From assembly GCA_951406725.2 (NCBI GenBank), contig OX597816.1:37448001-37512000 (forward strand): DNA of 64,000 nucleotides, in the 5' to 3' direction. This document shows, piece by piece, positions 40,740 to 53,914 of this stretch. Numbering within the stretch: position 1 is the stretch's first letter; the number at the start of each line of letters is the position of its first letter. This DNA comes from Octopus vulgaris. Taxonomy: Eukaryota. A model generated the notes under the pieces. That model worked only from the letters and a program-made list of their open reading frames with translations, was not told the origin of the DNA and made no database searches. A program made the position numbers and the translations under genes.

Positions 40740-42110
40740 ACTTCAATGGCCAAGAAGACCTTTAAAGAGAGCTGGAACGGGTGAACCAGAGCTATACGGA
40801 CTCCTGAAAATAAGGATCACGTTAAAAAGATGGTCGCATATGCGGTGGATTCGAGTACCAAGAGACACTCAAGGGTTATATATTTAAGTTTAAGAACAAG
40901 ATATACGCCCAAGAGGAAGGTATAGCCATCGGTGTCAGTATTGCTGGCGATGAGGCTAACCTATTTATGCTATGGTTGGATAGGTGACTTAAAGAGAAAT
41001 CAGCAGAGAACTCCATTAACCTAATCATGTACACCCGCTACGTGGATGATATCAACATGGTAGCCAAAGCCCCCCTACAAGACAATGTTGATGATCTAGA
41101 AGCTAACACTATGGAGAGCATCCAACAAATAGCTAACTCCATCCACCAGAGTATAGAAATAACGATAGATTACTCTAGTAAGTACCCTAACAATAGATTA
41201 CCCGTTTTAAACACTGACCTCTGGCTAGAAATGAAGAACTGTAAGGTCCAGATCCTTTCACTCTCATTATGCCAAACCCATGGCCTCTAAGTACCTTGTT
41301 CACAAGAACGTAACGATTGCAGACAATGCCAAGTTCAACATTCTTACAGCTGACTTGGTGAAATTGATTAGAAATGTGTCACGCATGTGCGACTCTATGG
41401 AATTGGAAAGACACATACAACACTTCATCCACTACATGCAGCTCCCGGGCTACAACCAAAGGGATAGGATTAGAGTTTACAAAGGAGCCAGGACTAAGCA
41501 CAAAGCCATCATAGAGAGTGATGCTAAAGGGATCTGCCCGCTGTACAGGAGTAAATCCTGGAACAGCACAGAAGGGACCAGTAATAAGATAAATAAGGCC
41601 AACACTTGGTATGACAACGAAATATACCAGTGGCGGTGAATTAGCGCATCTTTTTAGAAAAATATTAAGGCTAATCTACGAATTAAAGTAGTAGAGAGGC
41701 CTGGTGCCCCTTTGAAATTCCTGATCTGCAATACTATCCCTTTTGAAAGTCCCCATGTACGGACTACAATTGTGTTTTATATAGGATGAAGCCACATGTT
41801 AACTGTATGGTTAGGAATGTAGTGTGTAGCTTACGATATACTGAGGGGTGGTGCAGAAACATGACACCTACCTACATTGGAGAGACTGCACGCAGCATAG
41901 GAGAGCATATAAGTGAACATTGGTGACAGCTCAAAGAAAGGAAAATCTCGTCAGTACTCTACCAACATGCTCAGGCAGAACATGGAGACTCGATTAATAA
42001 CATAGAGGTTAAGGCACTATCGACACATAGAAAACTGACACTTAGAGCACAGAGGCTGCCCACATAGCAGTAGACAGACTGGGCCTCAAAAGAAAATACG
42101 AATCGAACAG
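40740..42110 (+). pseudogene. PLE RT + GIY-YIG remnant (not Naiad type), frameshifted
   Basis: YIFKFKNKIYAQEEGIAIG, RYVDD, NRLPVL, RNVS, PGY, PLYRSKSW and YIGETARSIGEHISEH. Confidence 0.8.
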
Positions 42111-42722
42111 TAACACCCACCACCACATACACGCCACATGACTAAAGACAAAGGGGATGAGAAGCGAGAGAGAAAAATCGTAAATAATACACAGAAACAT
42201 ACAAAGTATTACACACACAATAGACAGATATGCACTTGTGATACTTATGAGAAATAGAGATTGGAGTATAAAAAATATATAAATAGATAAATAGATAAAT
42301 ATATAAATATATTTGTCACATAATTGTGATAAATATAAAACACAGAGATAGATGAAATAAATAAATGAAACTATATAAAGGGCATGGATACATACAACAT
42401 ACGAATAGAACCCATACACACACAAACACAGACACTAAAAAATTTCATGGGCGGCCACAACAATGTCAACAACACGATTAACAGCGACAGCAGCAGCCGT
42501 GACAATGATGGCAATAACAGCAACAACTACCATGTTGGCAAAACCGTGGGCGAACACACATACACAGAATATAGATATAAAATAGTGAGAAACTATAGAT
42601 GATCCAGCATTTTTGGAGGGAGTCTTGAGACAGCAGCAGCACAATGGGGTGAGAAGATGGGGCTGAGGGGAAGGCCACACTACTGCTAAAATCTATGACG
42701 CACACACAGGCATGACATGATA

Positions 42723-42767
42723 CACACGAACCCGAGTTTCTGGGTATTGACCCGTCATCAGCGTGTG
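42723..42767 (-). ncRNA. Type I hammerhead ribozyme (direct repeat of 40452-40496)
   Basis: Minus: CACACG-CTGATGA-CGGGTCAATACCCA-GAAA-CTCGGG-TT^-CGTGTG, with a perfect 6-bp stem I. Confidence 0.8.
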
Positions 42768-44003
42768 ACAATCACCGGTTGTCAATGTGAGCATATACAC
42801 ACACATATACGCACATACATATATACCCACACACATGCACACACACACACATACGCACATGCATGCATGCATGCACACGCGCACACCTACACGCATACAT
42901 GCATACATGCATACACACACACACACGCACGTACACATACATACATACACACACACATACATACACCCATACATATACATGCATCCTACACACACATACA
43001 TACACACTCACACATACATACACACACACACACTCACTCACACACCTGTATGTACGCGCACACACATGCACATACACACACTTCCACACACCCACACGTA
43101 CATACATACACACTCATACACATACACACACACACACACACACGGACATACATCTATGCACACACATATATACACACATACTTACATACATTCATCGGAC
43201 ACACTGACACCCAGACATACACACAGACACACTCACACATCCACACACATACATACTTATGCACACACTCGCAGGCGCGCGCACACACGCGCTTGCGCCG
43301 GTTCGCGCACGCATACGCGCATGCATGCACCTCGCTCTTGGACCCGACGAGACCTCCCGCTCGTTCCTGGGGCCGTCGCTTGTCGTTGGGTTCTCCCACG
43401 CCCGTCTCCGTGGGACCACTCTTCCATCTTCCCCTCAGCTGGAGTCCTTTTTCCTTATAACCCCCCCTTTTTTGTTACACACACGCGCACACATACATAC
43501 ACCCACTCACACACACACATTGCTTAAATCTATACATTACTCTTACACACACTTCAAATCTACTCGCCATTAATACAACTACGACACTGGACACACACAC
43601 ACTACTACTGGCACGTTACATATGCCCCCACCCCTTCCCCTCCCTCCCTTCCTCCTTCCTTCATTTTCTTACTACTGACCACTGTCTGCTGCCTACTACT
43701 GTTCGCCCTACCTCACACGCCTACACACAGACGCACACACTAACATATACATATATTTTTTGTTTTTTTATCTCGCCTCACACACACATACACACACGCA
43801 CACGCACACACTCACACATACACACACACATCTGTTGCGTTACCAACCCTGTCTCCACTCTTTTGGCTTTAAAAACCTACTTTGCTCTTGTTATCGTAAA
43901 CTTCCGCCTTTCACCATGTGTACTTCGTAAACACCAGTCGTTTTTTTTTCTCCCTCTTGTTGCCCACTTTGGGATCTTTCTTTCCTCTCTCTTCCTTCTT
44001 TAT

Positions 44004-44038
44004 GTTTCCGACGAAGAGCTCCGCTCGAAACGTCATAC
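44004..44038 (+). ncRNA. Minimal hammerhead-like motif (CCGACGA core) in pLTR module ~43905-44135
   Basis: GTTT-CCGACGA-AGAGCTCCGCTC-GAAA-CG-TC^-ATAC. Confidence 0.6.
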
Positions 44039-44130
44039 CTTCCTGCTTCCATCTTTTCCCGAGCGCCTATTAATAATAATACTGTAATTGTTCCACGTGT
44101 TGTTGTTTTTTCTGTTTTCCCGTTTGGATT

Positions 44131-44168
<38 letters not shown>

Positions 44169-44360
44169 TTAAAATCCCTGATCTACAATGCCTATCCTTT
44201 TGATAAGTCCCCCTGTAGGGACTACAATTGTGTTGTATACACACGTACGCACGCACGCACATGCACGCACGCAGACAAGGACACAAACGCATGCGCAGAT
44301 AAGGATACACATCTTAGAATGGAGTAAGTGGAGCAAGAACACGCACGAAAACAAAAAGGG

Positions 44361-44400
44361 TCGCTGAAGAGGTCACAGGTGTGTGACGAAAGATTTCCGG
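44361..44400 (+). ncRNA. Minimal type I hammerhead ribozyme
   Basis: TCG-CTGAAGA-G-GTCACA-GGTG-TGTGAC-GAAA-GATT-TC^-CGG. Confidence 0.7.
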
Positions 44401-44519
44401 ATAATGGGCAAATAATAAAATAAGAACAGTAATAAACGAGTGAAGAGAAAATATATAGTGCGTGTGTTTATTTGGCAAAAGAAAATGACCGTCCCGAAAT
44501 ATTATAATATATATATATG

Positions 44520-44567
<48 letters not shown>

Positions 44568-45300
44568 TGTGTAATACGAGATGGAATGAGTAGGCTTTAA
44601 TCCAAAACAATTGCTTCTGTGCATTAACGTCAGCTATTATTTGCCGAGTGTTTCACATGATAAAGATATTATTATTTAGATACTATATATGATCCAACAA
44701 TAGCTGTGTACTTGCACGTCATCAGACAAGTGGCTTTGAGATCACTGCTGGATCATCTATAGTTTCTCACTATTTTATATCTATATTCTCTTTTAGCATT
44801 CCCTTGACGGAGAGCAACACGTAGATTTAAATGGATACAAGTTGTAAAAAATAACAAAAGGAATTAATGGAAATAAAAATGAAAAATATAAATTATAAAA
44901 TAAATAGACCAAAATAAATCAATGGAAATATTAAAAAATTCAAAAGTATAAAATATAAATTAACAACTTTTAATATTCAGTCCGAGCATAGGCATGTCTC
45001 ACCTTTTATGAATATCGATTAACACCCCAAGACAAGATGGAAACATAGACTTTTATCTCAAAGGAAGTCATTTGTAAAAGGTCAACTTATTACCCCAGCA
45101 GGATAATAACTTGTCTGCCAGTCTGCTCGTAAACTTAATTTTAGCTGTCCTTGGTTCCCATCACAGCTGCTTTATCAGTCATTAACATATGTTTCCATGT
45201 TTTTATGTTTTCGTTACACAAGAAGAATTTATTCCCTTGCACCGTTATACTTACTGCAGAAATTCATTTATTTGATGTATACATACAGACATACATCCAT

Positions 45301-45388
<88 letters not shown>

Positions 45389-45687
45389 TAAATATGAAGG
45401 CTATAAATTAAAATAATTTATAACCGGTGGTTAGCATGCATAAATAAAAGGCATAAGACAACATATTTTTAAAAATATAAGAGTGTACAAAATATTTTTT
45501 TTTTAAATAGAAATATTTATAATTTTGAGGCTATATAGGACACAGCTTTACATTTCTATATTTACTGCTGGACTATATATTTACGTTCGCGCACTAAGTT
45601 TGAATCCTTAATGGATAAAGATGTAGCTGTATTGCGCACATGTTTTCGGTACGTATTTGAAACTACATAATTATTCATTAATTAACG

Positions 45688-45757
45688 ATTCCGCTGACGA
45701 GCTACAGATTCCAAATTAGTTTATTTGTAAATTAATAACGAAACTCGAGTTCGGGAT
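45688..45757 (+). ncRNA. Type I hammerhead ribozyme
   Basis: ATTCCG-CTGACGA-(~39 nt)-GAAA-CTCGAG-TT^-CGGGAT. Confidence 0.7.
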
Positions 45758-45922
45758 TAACTAATTCATTTTTTGTTCGTTCTAGTGTCATGAATTCCCT
45801 TTTTCGTGGTTTGAGTTTTAACAGGCCTTTTTAGCATGTAAAGAGTCCTGTCAAATGTCTCCTCATTGTGTTTAAAAATATTTTATACACACTTATGTTT
45901 TTAAAAAAAAATATATATATAT

Positions 45923-45982
45923 AATTTAATAAATAAAATATATGCATACATACATACATACATATATGTACGTACTTACATC

Positions 45983-46053
<71 letters not shown>

Positions 46054-46746
46054 GAGTACAGGACACCACAAATAGACGTAGAACTCAACGAGAAACGAAA
46101 ACATAAAAACATGGAAACGGAGTTTTTTTTAACAACGAAAACACAAAGCACAAGACGAACAAGACAAGGAACATTCCCTTTCATCAGCTGTCCCCGGTTC
46201 GACTCCATGCGTGTTTCGAAGGTAAGGACAGAACACGACCCATCGAACCGGTCCTTCCTGCAAAGGAATTAAATAAAATTCCTTTGCAGAGGGGTAAAAA
46301 CAAAAATGTGACAAGAACAGGACGTAAAAGCAATACAAAATAAAAATACAAATAAAAATACAAATACAAAAAAATGCAGTACACATAAAGAATAAAAACA
46401 GGACAAAGGAACCAACATTGAGGGCCTTTTTTAAAGCCTAGACGATGGAAAAATTCAGAGTGCAAGGGAAAATGACTTGTAGGAGGCGGAGTGAAAGGAA
46501 GTTGGTCGACTCGACAGTGAGAGAGAGAGAGATTGAGAGGAAAGAAAACCAGAAAGGGTGAAAAATAAGAAGGAGAGAGACAGGCAAAGAGGAAGACAGA
46601 CAGGAAGGAAGGAAGGAAAGGTCAAGCAAAGGGTTACAGAATTTTGCGTCATAATTATATATAAAAACTTACTTGGAGAAAAGAAAAGAAACGACGCGAG
46701 TGCGCTCAGTCATACAATAATTTAATAAATAAAATATATGCATACA

Positions 46747-46779
<33 letters not shown>

Positions 46780-46810
46780 GTACGTACCTACATCTACATG
46801 TATATATACA

Positions 46811-46872
<62 letters not shown>

Positions 46873-47090
46873 TACAGGACACCACAAATAGACGTAGAAC
46901 TCAACGAGAAACGAAAACATAAAAACATGGAAACGGACTTTTTTTAACAACGAAGAAACAGAGCACAAGACAAACAACACAAGGAACATTCCCCTTCATC
47001 AGCTGTCCCCGTTTCGATTCCATGCGTGTTTCGAACCGGTCCTTCCTGCAAAGGATTTAAATAAAATTCCTTTGCAGAGGGGTAAAATCA
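45923..47090 (-). repeat. Partial tandem duplication, ~795-bp period (45923-46300 / 46718-47090), pLTR-like
   Basis: Near-identical AATTTAATAAATAAAATATATGCATAC...GAGTACAGGACACCACAAATAGACGTAGAACTCAACG...TCATCAGCTGTCCCC. The second copy has a deletion at a TCGAA microhomology. Confidence 0.85.
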
Positions 47091-47351
47091 AGGAAAGAAA
47101 AAATATATATATACATATATATATATAAATATACAACTAATGTAGGATAAAATTTTTTCGAAAAAAATTTTTATCAATGACCAGCATATCAAAAAATACC
47201 TTAAAGGTTAAATTTATAAATAACTTATAAAATAAGGGCAAAAGAAAAATTCTAATGCCAAATATGCCGAAAAAAAGACAAAATTGTCAATAACCATTAT
47301 GATTTATGCGTCTCGAAACAAGCCGATATAAATTTCTTTAAAAATCCGTTA

Positions 47352-47412
47352 TTACCGTATTGGTCCCAATTTCGGGGTTAATTCATAAGAATTTTCCCCT
47401 CTTCAGCAATAA
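47352..47412 (-). ncRNA. Type I hammerhead ribozyme between ~70-bp inverted repeats (47212-47283 / 47510-47579)
   Basis: Minus: TTATTG-CTGAAGA-GGGGAAAATTCTTATGAATTAACCCC-GAAA-TTGGGACCAA-TA^-CGGTAA. Confidence 0.85.
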
Positions 47413-47589
47413 ATACGTAAGACATAAATGAAATACTTACTTATACCCATGGAAAAAGCAAGCACTAAGTCCTGAGCAGACCTAAGTACCCCAAATATAT
47501 CCAAAACACTTTTATCTTTTTTTCGGCATATTTGGCATTAGAATTTTTCTTTTGCCCTCATTTTATAAGTTATATAAATATATATATAT

Positions 47590-47990
47590 ACCACAAAGAG
47601 AGAAGAGCAAAGACTGGTAACGGCTCAAAGAGCCATGGAAAGGTCAATGTTTGGTATCTCGTTGAGAGAGCACATAAGTAGCGAGATCATCAGAAAGAAG
47701 TCCGGCGTGAGAAATGTCATCGCAGAGTATACACACAGAGGTATAGATGGGCTGGACACGTCGCCCGGCTCACCGATAATCGGTGGACGCATGCAGCTGT
47801 CGAGTGGTACCCGCGCGAGCGGAAAGACCACCCGGAAGACCTCCACGACGGTGGAGTTACGATTTCAGGAGGACGATTGGGATCACGTGGATGAGAAAGG
47901 TGCGATCCAGAGAGGAGTGGACAGCGTGCTGTGACCAGCAGTGTCAAATTGACGCCTGACGGACTGGTCGGTCAAGGTGATCAAGATGAT
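47590..47990 (+). mobile_element. RTE-clade LINE 3' fragment
   Basis: RLVTAQRAMERSMFGISLREHISSEIIRKKSGV...RWAGHVARLTDNRWT...EWYPR...PGRPPRRW (frameshifted), with a short repeat-like tail. Confidence 0.85.
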
Positions 47991-48003
47991 ATGCATATAC
48001 ATA

Positions 48004-48253
48004 TTCTTTTATTCTTTTACTTGTTTCAGTCATTTGACTGTGGTCGTGTTGGAGCACCACCTTACAAGGTTTTTTAGTTGAAAAAATTGACCCCAGGACT
48101 TATTCTTTGTAATCCTAGTACTTATTCTACCGGTGCCTTTTGCCGAACTGCTAAGTTTACAGGGACGTAAACACACCAGCATCGGTTGTCAAGTAATGGT
48201 GCGGGAGACAAACACAGACACAAAGACACATACACATAAATATATACACGCAC

Positions 48254-48294
<41 letters not shown>

Positions 48295-48457
48295 CGACGG
48301 GTTTCTTACAGTTTCCGTCTACCAAATCCACTCACAAGGCTTAGGTTGGCCCGAGGTTATAGTAGAAAACACTTGGCCAAGGTGCCACGCAGTAGGACTG
48401 AACTCGAAACCATGTGGTTGGGAAACAAGCTTCTTACTACACAGCCAGGCCTGCGCC
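48004..48457 (-). mobile_element. SINE family C
   Basis: Reverse complement of the family C head and tail. Confidence 0.85.
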
Positions 48458-48469
48458 TATATATATATA

Positions 48470-48753
48470 CAGTAGTTGGACAAAATAATGGGAACACCAA
48501 GCATCATAGCACCATAATTTTGAAATATCTATAAAACAGTCAAAAGCTTGTTTATTTTTATGTTTTTGATTTATTATTAGTGTTGCTTAATATGTTTTGC
48601 TAAAATTGCTGCTTCTTTTGAGATATCATCAGAAAAAAGTAATTAAAATTCATTATATCGGACTTTCAAAGAGGTCAAATTATTGGTGCTCGTATGGCAG
48701 GCGCTAGCGTAACTAAAACAGCTGAAATGTTTGGTGTATCAAGAAGTACTGTC
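48470..48753 (+). mobile_element. Tc1-like transposon 5' fragment
   Basis: TA|CAGTAGTTGGACAAAATAATGGGAACACC TIR, then HTH SDFQRGQIIGARMAGASVTKTAEMFGVSRSTV. Confidence 0.8.
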
Positions 48754-48791
48754 ATGAAAATTTATATACATTTTTATATAGATTTTAATGT

Positions 48792-49485
48792 ATATAAAAT
48801 GAAAAATACGAACTACTACAGTAATCCTCCCTTCTCAACACATAAAATATGTACCTATGGGTATGTTTGTACGTAAATATATATATATGTTTGTGTGTGT
48901 GTGTGTGTGTGCGCGCGCGCGTGCGTGTGTGTGTCTCTGTGTGTATATTTATATGTATATATATATATATATATACATTTTTATATATATTTTGCCTAAT
49001 TTGTTGTTTATGTTATCGGTTGTCCATTATCCAACCGTAACAAAGTCATTGCCTTTCGAAACGATAGATAACCAATTAAATTACGGGACTGAATATAACC
49101 CCCCTCTCCACTTCCCGCAGGATTTCAGCTACTCGATAAACAAAAAAGTAACCGAGAATAATAAAGTATCTTGATTAATACCCGGACATTCGTTAATCTT
49201 AGTACCGACTAATATCACAGGTATTAAAAAAACTCTAAGCCACCTATTGTGGACCGTTACCTCAAGCCCTCAATAGAAAACATATCGCATGTTTATATGT
49301 ATATATATATATGTTTTTGTATAATTATTATAATTATATAAAATGAAAAATACGAACTACTACAGTAATCCTCCCTTCTCAACACATAAAATATGTACCT
49401 ATGGGTATGTTTGTAAGTAAATATATATATATATGTTTGTGTGTGTGTGTATGCGCGCGCGTATGTGTGTGCGTCTGTGTGTGTA

Positions 49486-49500
<15 letters not shown>
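48792..49500 (+). repeat. Partial tandem duplication, ~545-bp period (48792-48960 / 49336-49500)
   Basis: Repeated ATATAAAATGAAAAATACGAACTACTACAGTAATCCTCCCTTCTCAACACATAAAATATGTACCTATGGG. Confidence 0.85.
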
Positions 49501-49561
<61 letters not shown>

Positions 49562-49878
49562 TGTATGTATGTATATGTATGTATTCCTCATTTATATACC
49601 TTTTCTTTCCTACATAACTAAAATAATCTTAAGATATATTGATTATTTAAATTCCACTATTATTTTCCTTTTGATAATTTTTTCCCTTCCTCTATTTATA
49701 CTTTATCTAATAAGAATAATATGATACACCCAATAATAATAATAATTGATTCCTTTGTATGCATATACATATACATATAAATGTATAGATATGTATTTAT
49801 GTATATTTATGTATATGTAAAAGTGTGTATATATGTATGTATTTATATTTATAACTTAACCTTATGAACTTTCTAAAC

Positions 49879-50000
49879 TCTCTGACGAAGCACAGTGGCA
49901 CACCCAAGTACCTTAATTTTATCTACCAAATACTTCAGTTCACTGAAGGGATAGAAGTAAAGTGGGGTACTATGGCCTCTTGACTGAAACAGCTGTAAGA
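49879..50000 (+). ncRNA. Hammerhead-like motif with ~97-nt stem II
   Basis: TCT-CTGACGA-(GTACC...CTTCAGT-TC-ACTGAAG...GGTAC)-GAAA-CAGCTG-TA^-AGA. Confidence 0.6.
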
Positions 50001-50184
50001 TACTATTCTACTTTCTATGCTCTACGTCAAATATTTTAATAATTACTGGTATTTTTATATTTTATATATTATATATTTAAAGCATAATATGTTATACAAT
50101 TAAATAAATAGACATAATATAATGTCAAAAAATTTGATGAATACCACCTCTTGATCCCCTCCATTTTCTTATTGCTGTGTATAT

Positions 50185-50230
<46 letters not shown>

Positions 50231-50714
50231 TGCCAGCAACATACATATGCACACATATATACTATTGCTGAATCCGCTCGCTTCTAGCGTGAGGTCAAAT
50301 CAAGAGTTTTCATTCGTACGCATCCCTTATACATACATATTCTTTTATCTCACACTAATATACCTACATACATCTATCTAAAGATACCCTCTTTTTTGCT
50401 CTCATTAATATGCATCTCCCCATGTAACTCTATCAACCATTTTCTACCTACGCTATAACATTCCGTCATAGTAGACAAGTCCATTCTATAGTTACTTCCG
50501 CTTTACCTAAACAACTATAATCAACATACAATTTAAGAAGATAATTTGAATAATGTAATTTGAACAATGAATCATTATAATAGCGTTTTTTAAATTTTAA
50601 ACACAACAAAATCTACAAATTATATGCATACAACATGATATCCCTAAAAAATATCAAATGTCACTATGAAGGTAAAAATCTATTTCATAGAAATTCTTGA
50701 ATGTTTTAGTGTTG

Positions 50715-51060
50715 AGCAGATCCTTTTTATACTCCAGTAGTAATTAGCCATCATATTTACATCCCGTCTCCCTTGATATCTTTCCTCTGTTACCTTCATA
50801 TCTTGATAGAATCTTTCTCCCAAATTCAGTGGAAATTGATTCAAGTAACAAAACAAAAAAAAATCTTGATATATTGCATCGTAGCAAAGGAAAAGACCAG
50901 AGCACTTTTTAAAACAATTTCCTTGTATTTCGCTGCTTCTTCGTTAACAAGTTTTTCTAGAGATATCATGTTATATGCATATAACTTTCGGATTTCATTG
51001 TGTTTAAAATTCTGTATCAATAGAATAGAATGACCCTGAAACTCCTTTTGTATTTTCCTC
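50715..51060 (-). pseudogene. Chapaev3-like (CMC) transposase C-terminal remnant
   Basis: Minus: GERFYQDMKVTEERYQGRRDVNMMANYYWSIKR, resembling the GERFHQD..ME.RYQG.W...M.ADYCW.L.R motif. Confidence 0.6.
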
Positions 51061-51961
51061 ATCATAGGAATAAGATTTCTGGCCGAAATCTTTCTACAAT
51101 TTAACTACCTGTGCACAAAATCAATTATATTCATAATCTTACTATACTTTATGAAAGGGAAGGGTGACAACGAAGTTTTTTCACTCTTTGGCCCCTGCTT
51201 AAAGTCAGACAAGGACATAAAATCAAGGAAAACTACATTTTTTTTGTGGAAACTCAAGGTAGCGTGTATACAAATCTCCTAACGTGATTGGGTAAAAGAA
51301 TAATATATTTGGATTCAACCGGAAAAAGTGCTTGAGAAACATATGTATATTCAACAGGAACATTTCCGCCCCCAAATTCTTATGACCTATGTAAGAAAAT
51401 GAAAGTGGAAAAAGAATTTAATTTTTCAGAATATCGAATAAGCAGATTTCAATAGATTACTCATAATGATGAATTACAATTTTGAGGAAATACGAACAAC
51501 TTATAAACGCAAAAACAAAGAACGTATTTCATTGAAAAAAACTGAGAGACCTAATCATAAAACTAACTTGGTTTAGCAAATTGGTGGCACAAATTACTAA
51601 AGGTGTTAGATTTACTAAAAATCAGTCTGTAATTACATTTATAATTGTAAGTTTTACTCTAGAATCATATCAACTGTTGAGAGATGGTATCGGTGTGTCA
51701 GTAATAGATTAATTACGATCATAAATACTTAGCATATTGATTGGTGAGAATCAAGTGAAAAAATAACTCACTAGGCATCATTCTTATGTTGAGAGAAAAT
51801 TGAGGAAATTAGATTGTGACATATAAATTACTTCAAAAGACATCTGAAAGAATAAAATTATCGATTATTTCACGTATACGATTAAAAGATAACTTTTACA
51901 GCACTTCGTCAAAATTGTTCATTACTCTTATAAAATGGTTTGTATTATATATTATATCTGA

Positions 51962-51995
<34 letters not shown>

Positions 51996-51999
51996 CATC

Positions 52000-52205
52000 T
52001 GTTTTATGTTTTACTTGTTCTAGTCATTAGAGTGTAGCCATACCAGGACACTGCCTTGAATATTTTTAGTCGAATGAATCAACTCCAGTACTTATTTTTT
52101 TAATAGCTGGCACTTACTCTATCGGTCTATTTATCGAACCGCTAAGTTACGGAGACTTAAACGCACCAACACCGGTTGCCAAGCGGTGGTAAGGGATAAA
52201 CAGAC
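52000..52205 (-). mobile_element. Degraded SINE family C 3' half
   Basis: GAACCGCTAAGTTACGG...ACCAACACCGGTTG matches family C. Confidence 0.7.
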
Positions 52206-52278
52206 AGGCAAACAGATAGACAGACACACACACATACACACATACATACATGCATATATATATATATGACATATAAGC

Positions 52279-52312
<34 letters not shown>

Positions 52313-53914
52313 CTTTACCTTTACCTTTATGTGGTCCAGTCTAAAAGCTCTGGCTATGCTGGAGTATACCCATCTACTAAAGATTTAGTTTACGGCACCT
52401 AACTTTCTAAAACACCCAATTATCTAAGCCTAACAAGGATCAACTTTGCTTAACTTCGGGATCGGTTTTCGCTAAATAATAAATAGCTCCTCTAGAACAA
52501 AATATTTTGAATCTATTGAAGGCACTTAGATATTTCAGAATATTTTTGTGAAATCCATCATTTACAGTAATTTTGCTTCATAATGGTGAAAATAATTTCA
52601 CCATATGTGACATCAAAGAATTAAAGTAAAGCAGTATAAGCAAACGACTTCTTTCCAGTTTAGGTAAAACACATCTACTTTAAAAAATAATTGCTTCATA
52701 TTTAATTTAATAGCTTCATATTTAATTAAACGATTACCAATATAATCAATTGTAAATATGCAAATATACGTATGAATACATTGATTGCTGAATTAATATA
52801 AGTAGACGCCAGCTTAAGTCAAATATAACAGTTTATGATAAGTTGGAAAGATTCATTAATAAATGTAATCTGTAAAAGATACATATTCTATCCAAACAAC
52901 ATTAAAATATTAGTTCAGATATTATTGAGATTATACGATCAGCAAATATCTAAGGTTCACTTAACGTTCTATAATGAAACATTTTATTGTAGTGCTTTTG
53001 TTAAGTGTGAGCGTAGTGTTAGGAGGAATCAACATATGAATATGATTTAGTATAATCCACCGCCATAGGCGTGGTAACAACTATGACTACAAAATTACCT
53101 AAAATTTACTCAAAAATTACTCAATAAACATTTTACCGTGCAACAGAGGTATTATAAGATCATTAACAGAAATATTAAATTATCTAACTCCTCAACTCCT
53201 AACCTTGCGCCAAAACATTGCATCTCCGAACGTAGCTGTGTTAGCAAGTAGTAGTAGTAGTAATAGTAATAATTACGTTGGTAGTAGTTATAGTACAAAT
53301 TGTAATTGTGTTAATACGAGCAGCTACACTCTTTAGAGGGAAATGCCTAATAAACGATGCAGTTTACAAATGTACAGTCATCACTTCTATCACTTGTGTA
53401 TCTTATATAAGGTTAACATGTTGAAATGTTACAAAGTTATTCAAGCCTGAATGTAAATACTGGTGTGACGTTAGTCCTGTCTATTACCTATACGTCTATA
53501 CAAATCTAACCGCTTAAAACTATATTTACATTAGCAATAACTTTGCAACCTTAAAATACAGACCACTGAATTGCACGTGTCTCAGGCCTGTGCTCTTGAT
53601 TTTACTTGCAGGCTATTATAGCACACAAACAATCACTATTTTCCTTCGCTAAATTTAAGCTACATAGCAGTAGGCAACTTAATTCGACAAAGATTTGTTA
53701 ACTGCTCTATCAGAATCATCTATTCGCCAGGTTCCCTTTTAGCGACAACTCTATGTATTTTTGTCGCCTACCTCTTTTTTCACCTCACCCTTTCCTTCCC
53801 CGTTTCTTGTTCTACTATTTATCAATTCCCTCTACAGAATCTTTATTTCCACATACTCGATCAAACTAAGCATAAACAAAATTTCTTGATATGCCACAAA
53901 AGTTCGTTTCGCAA

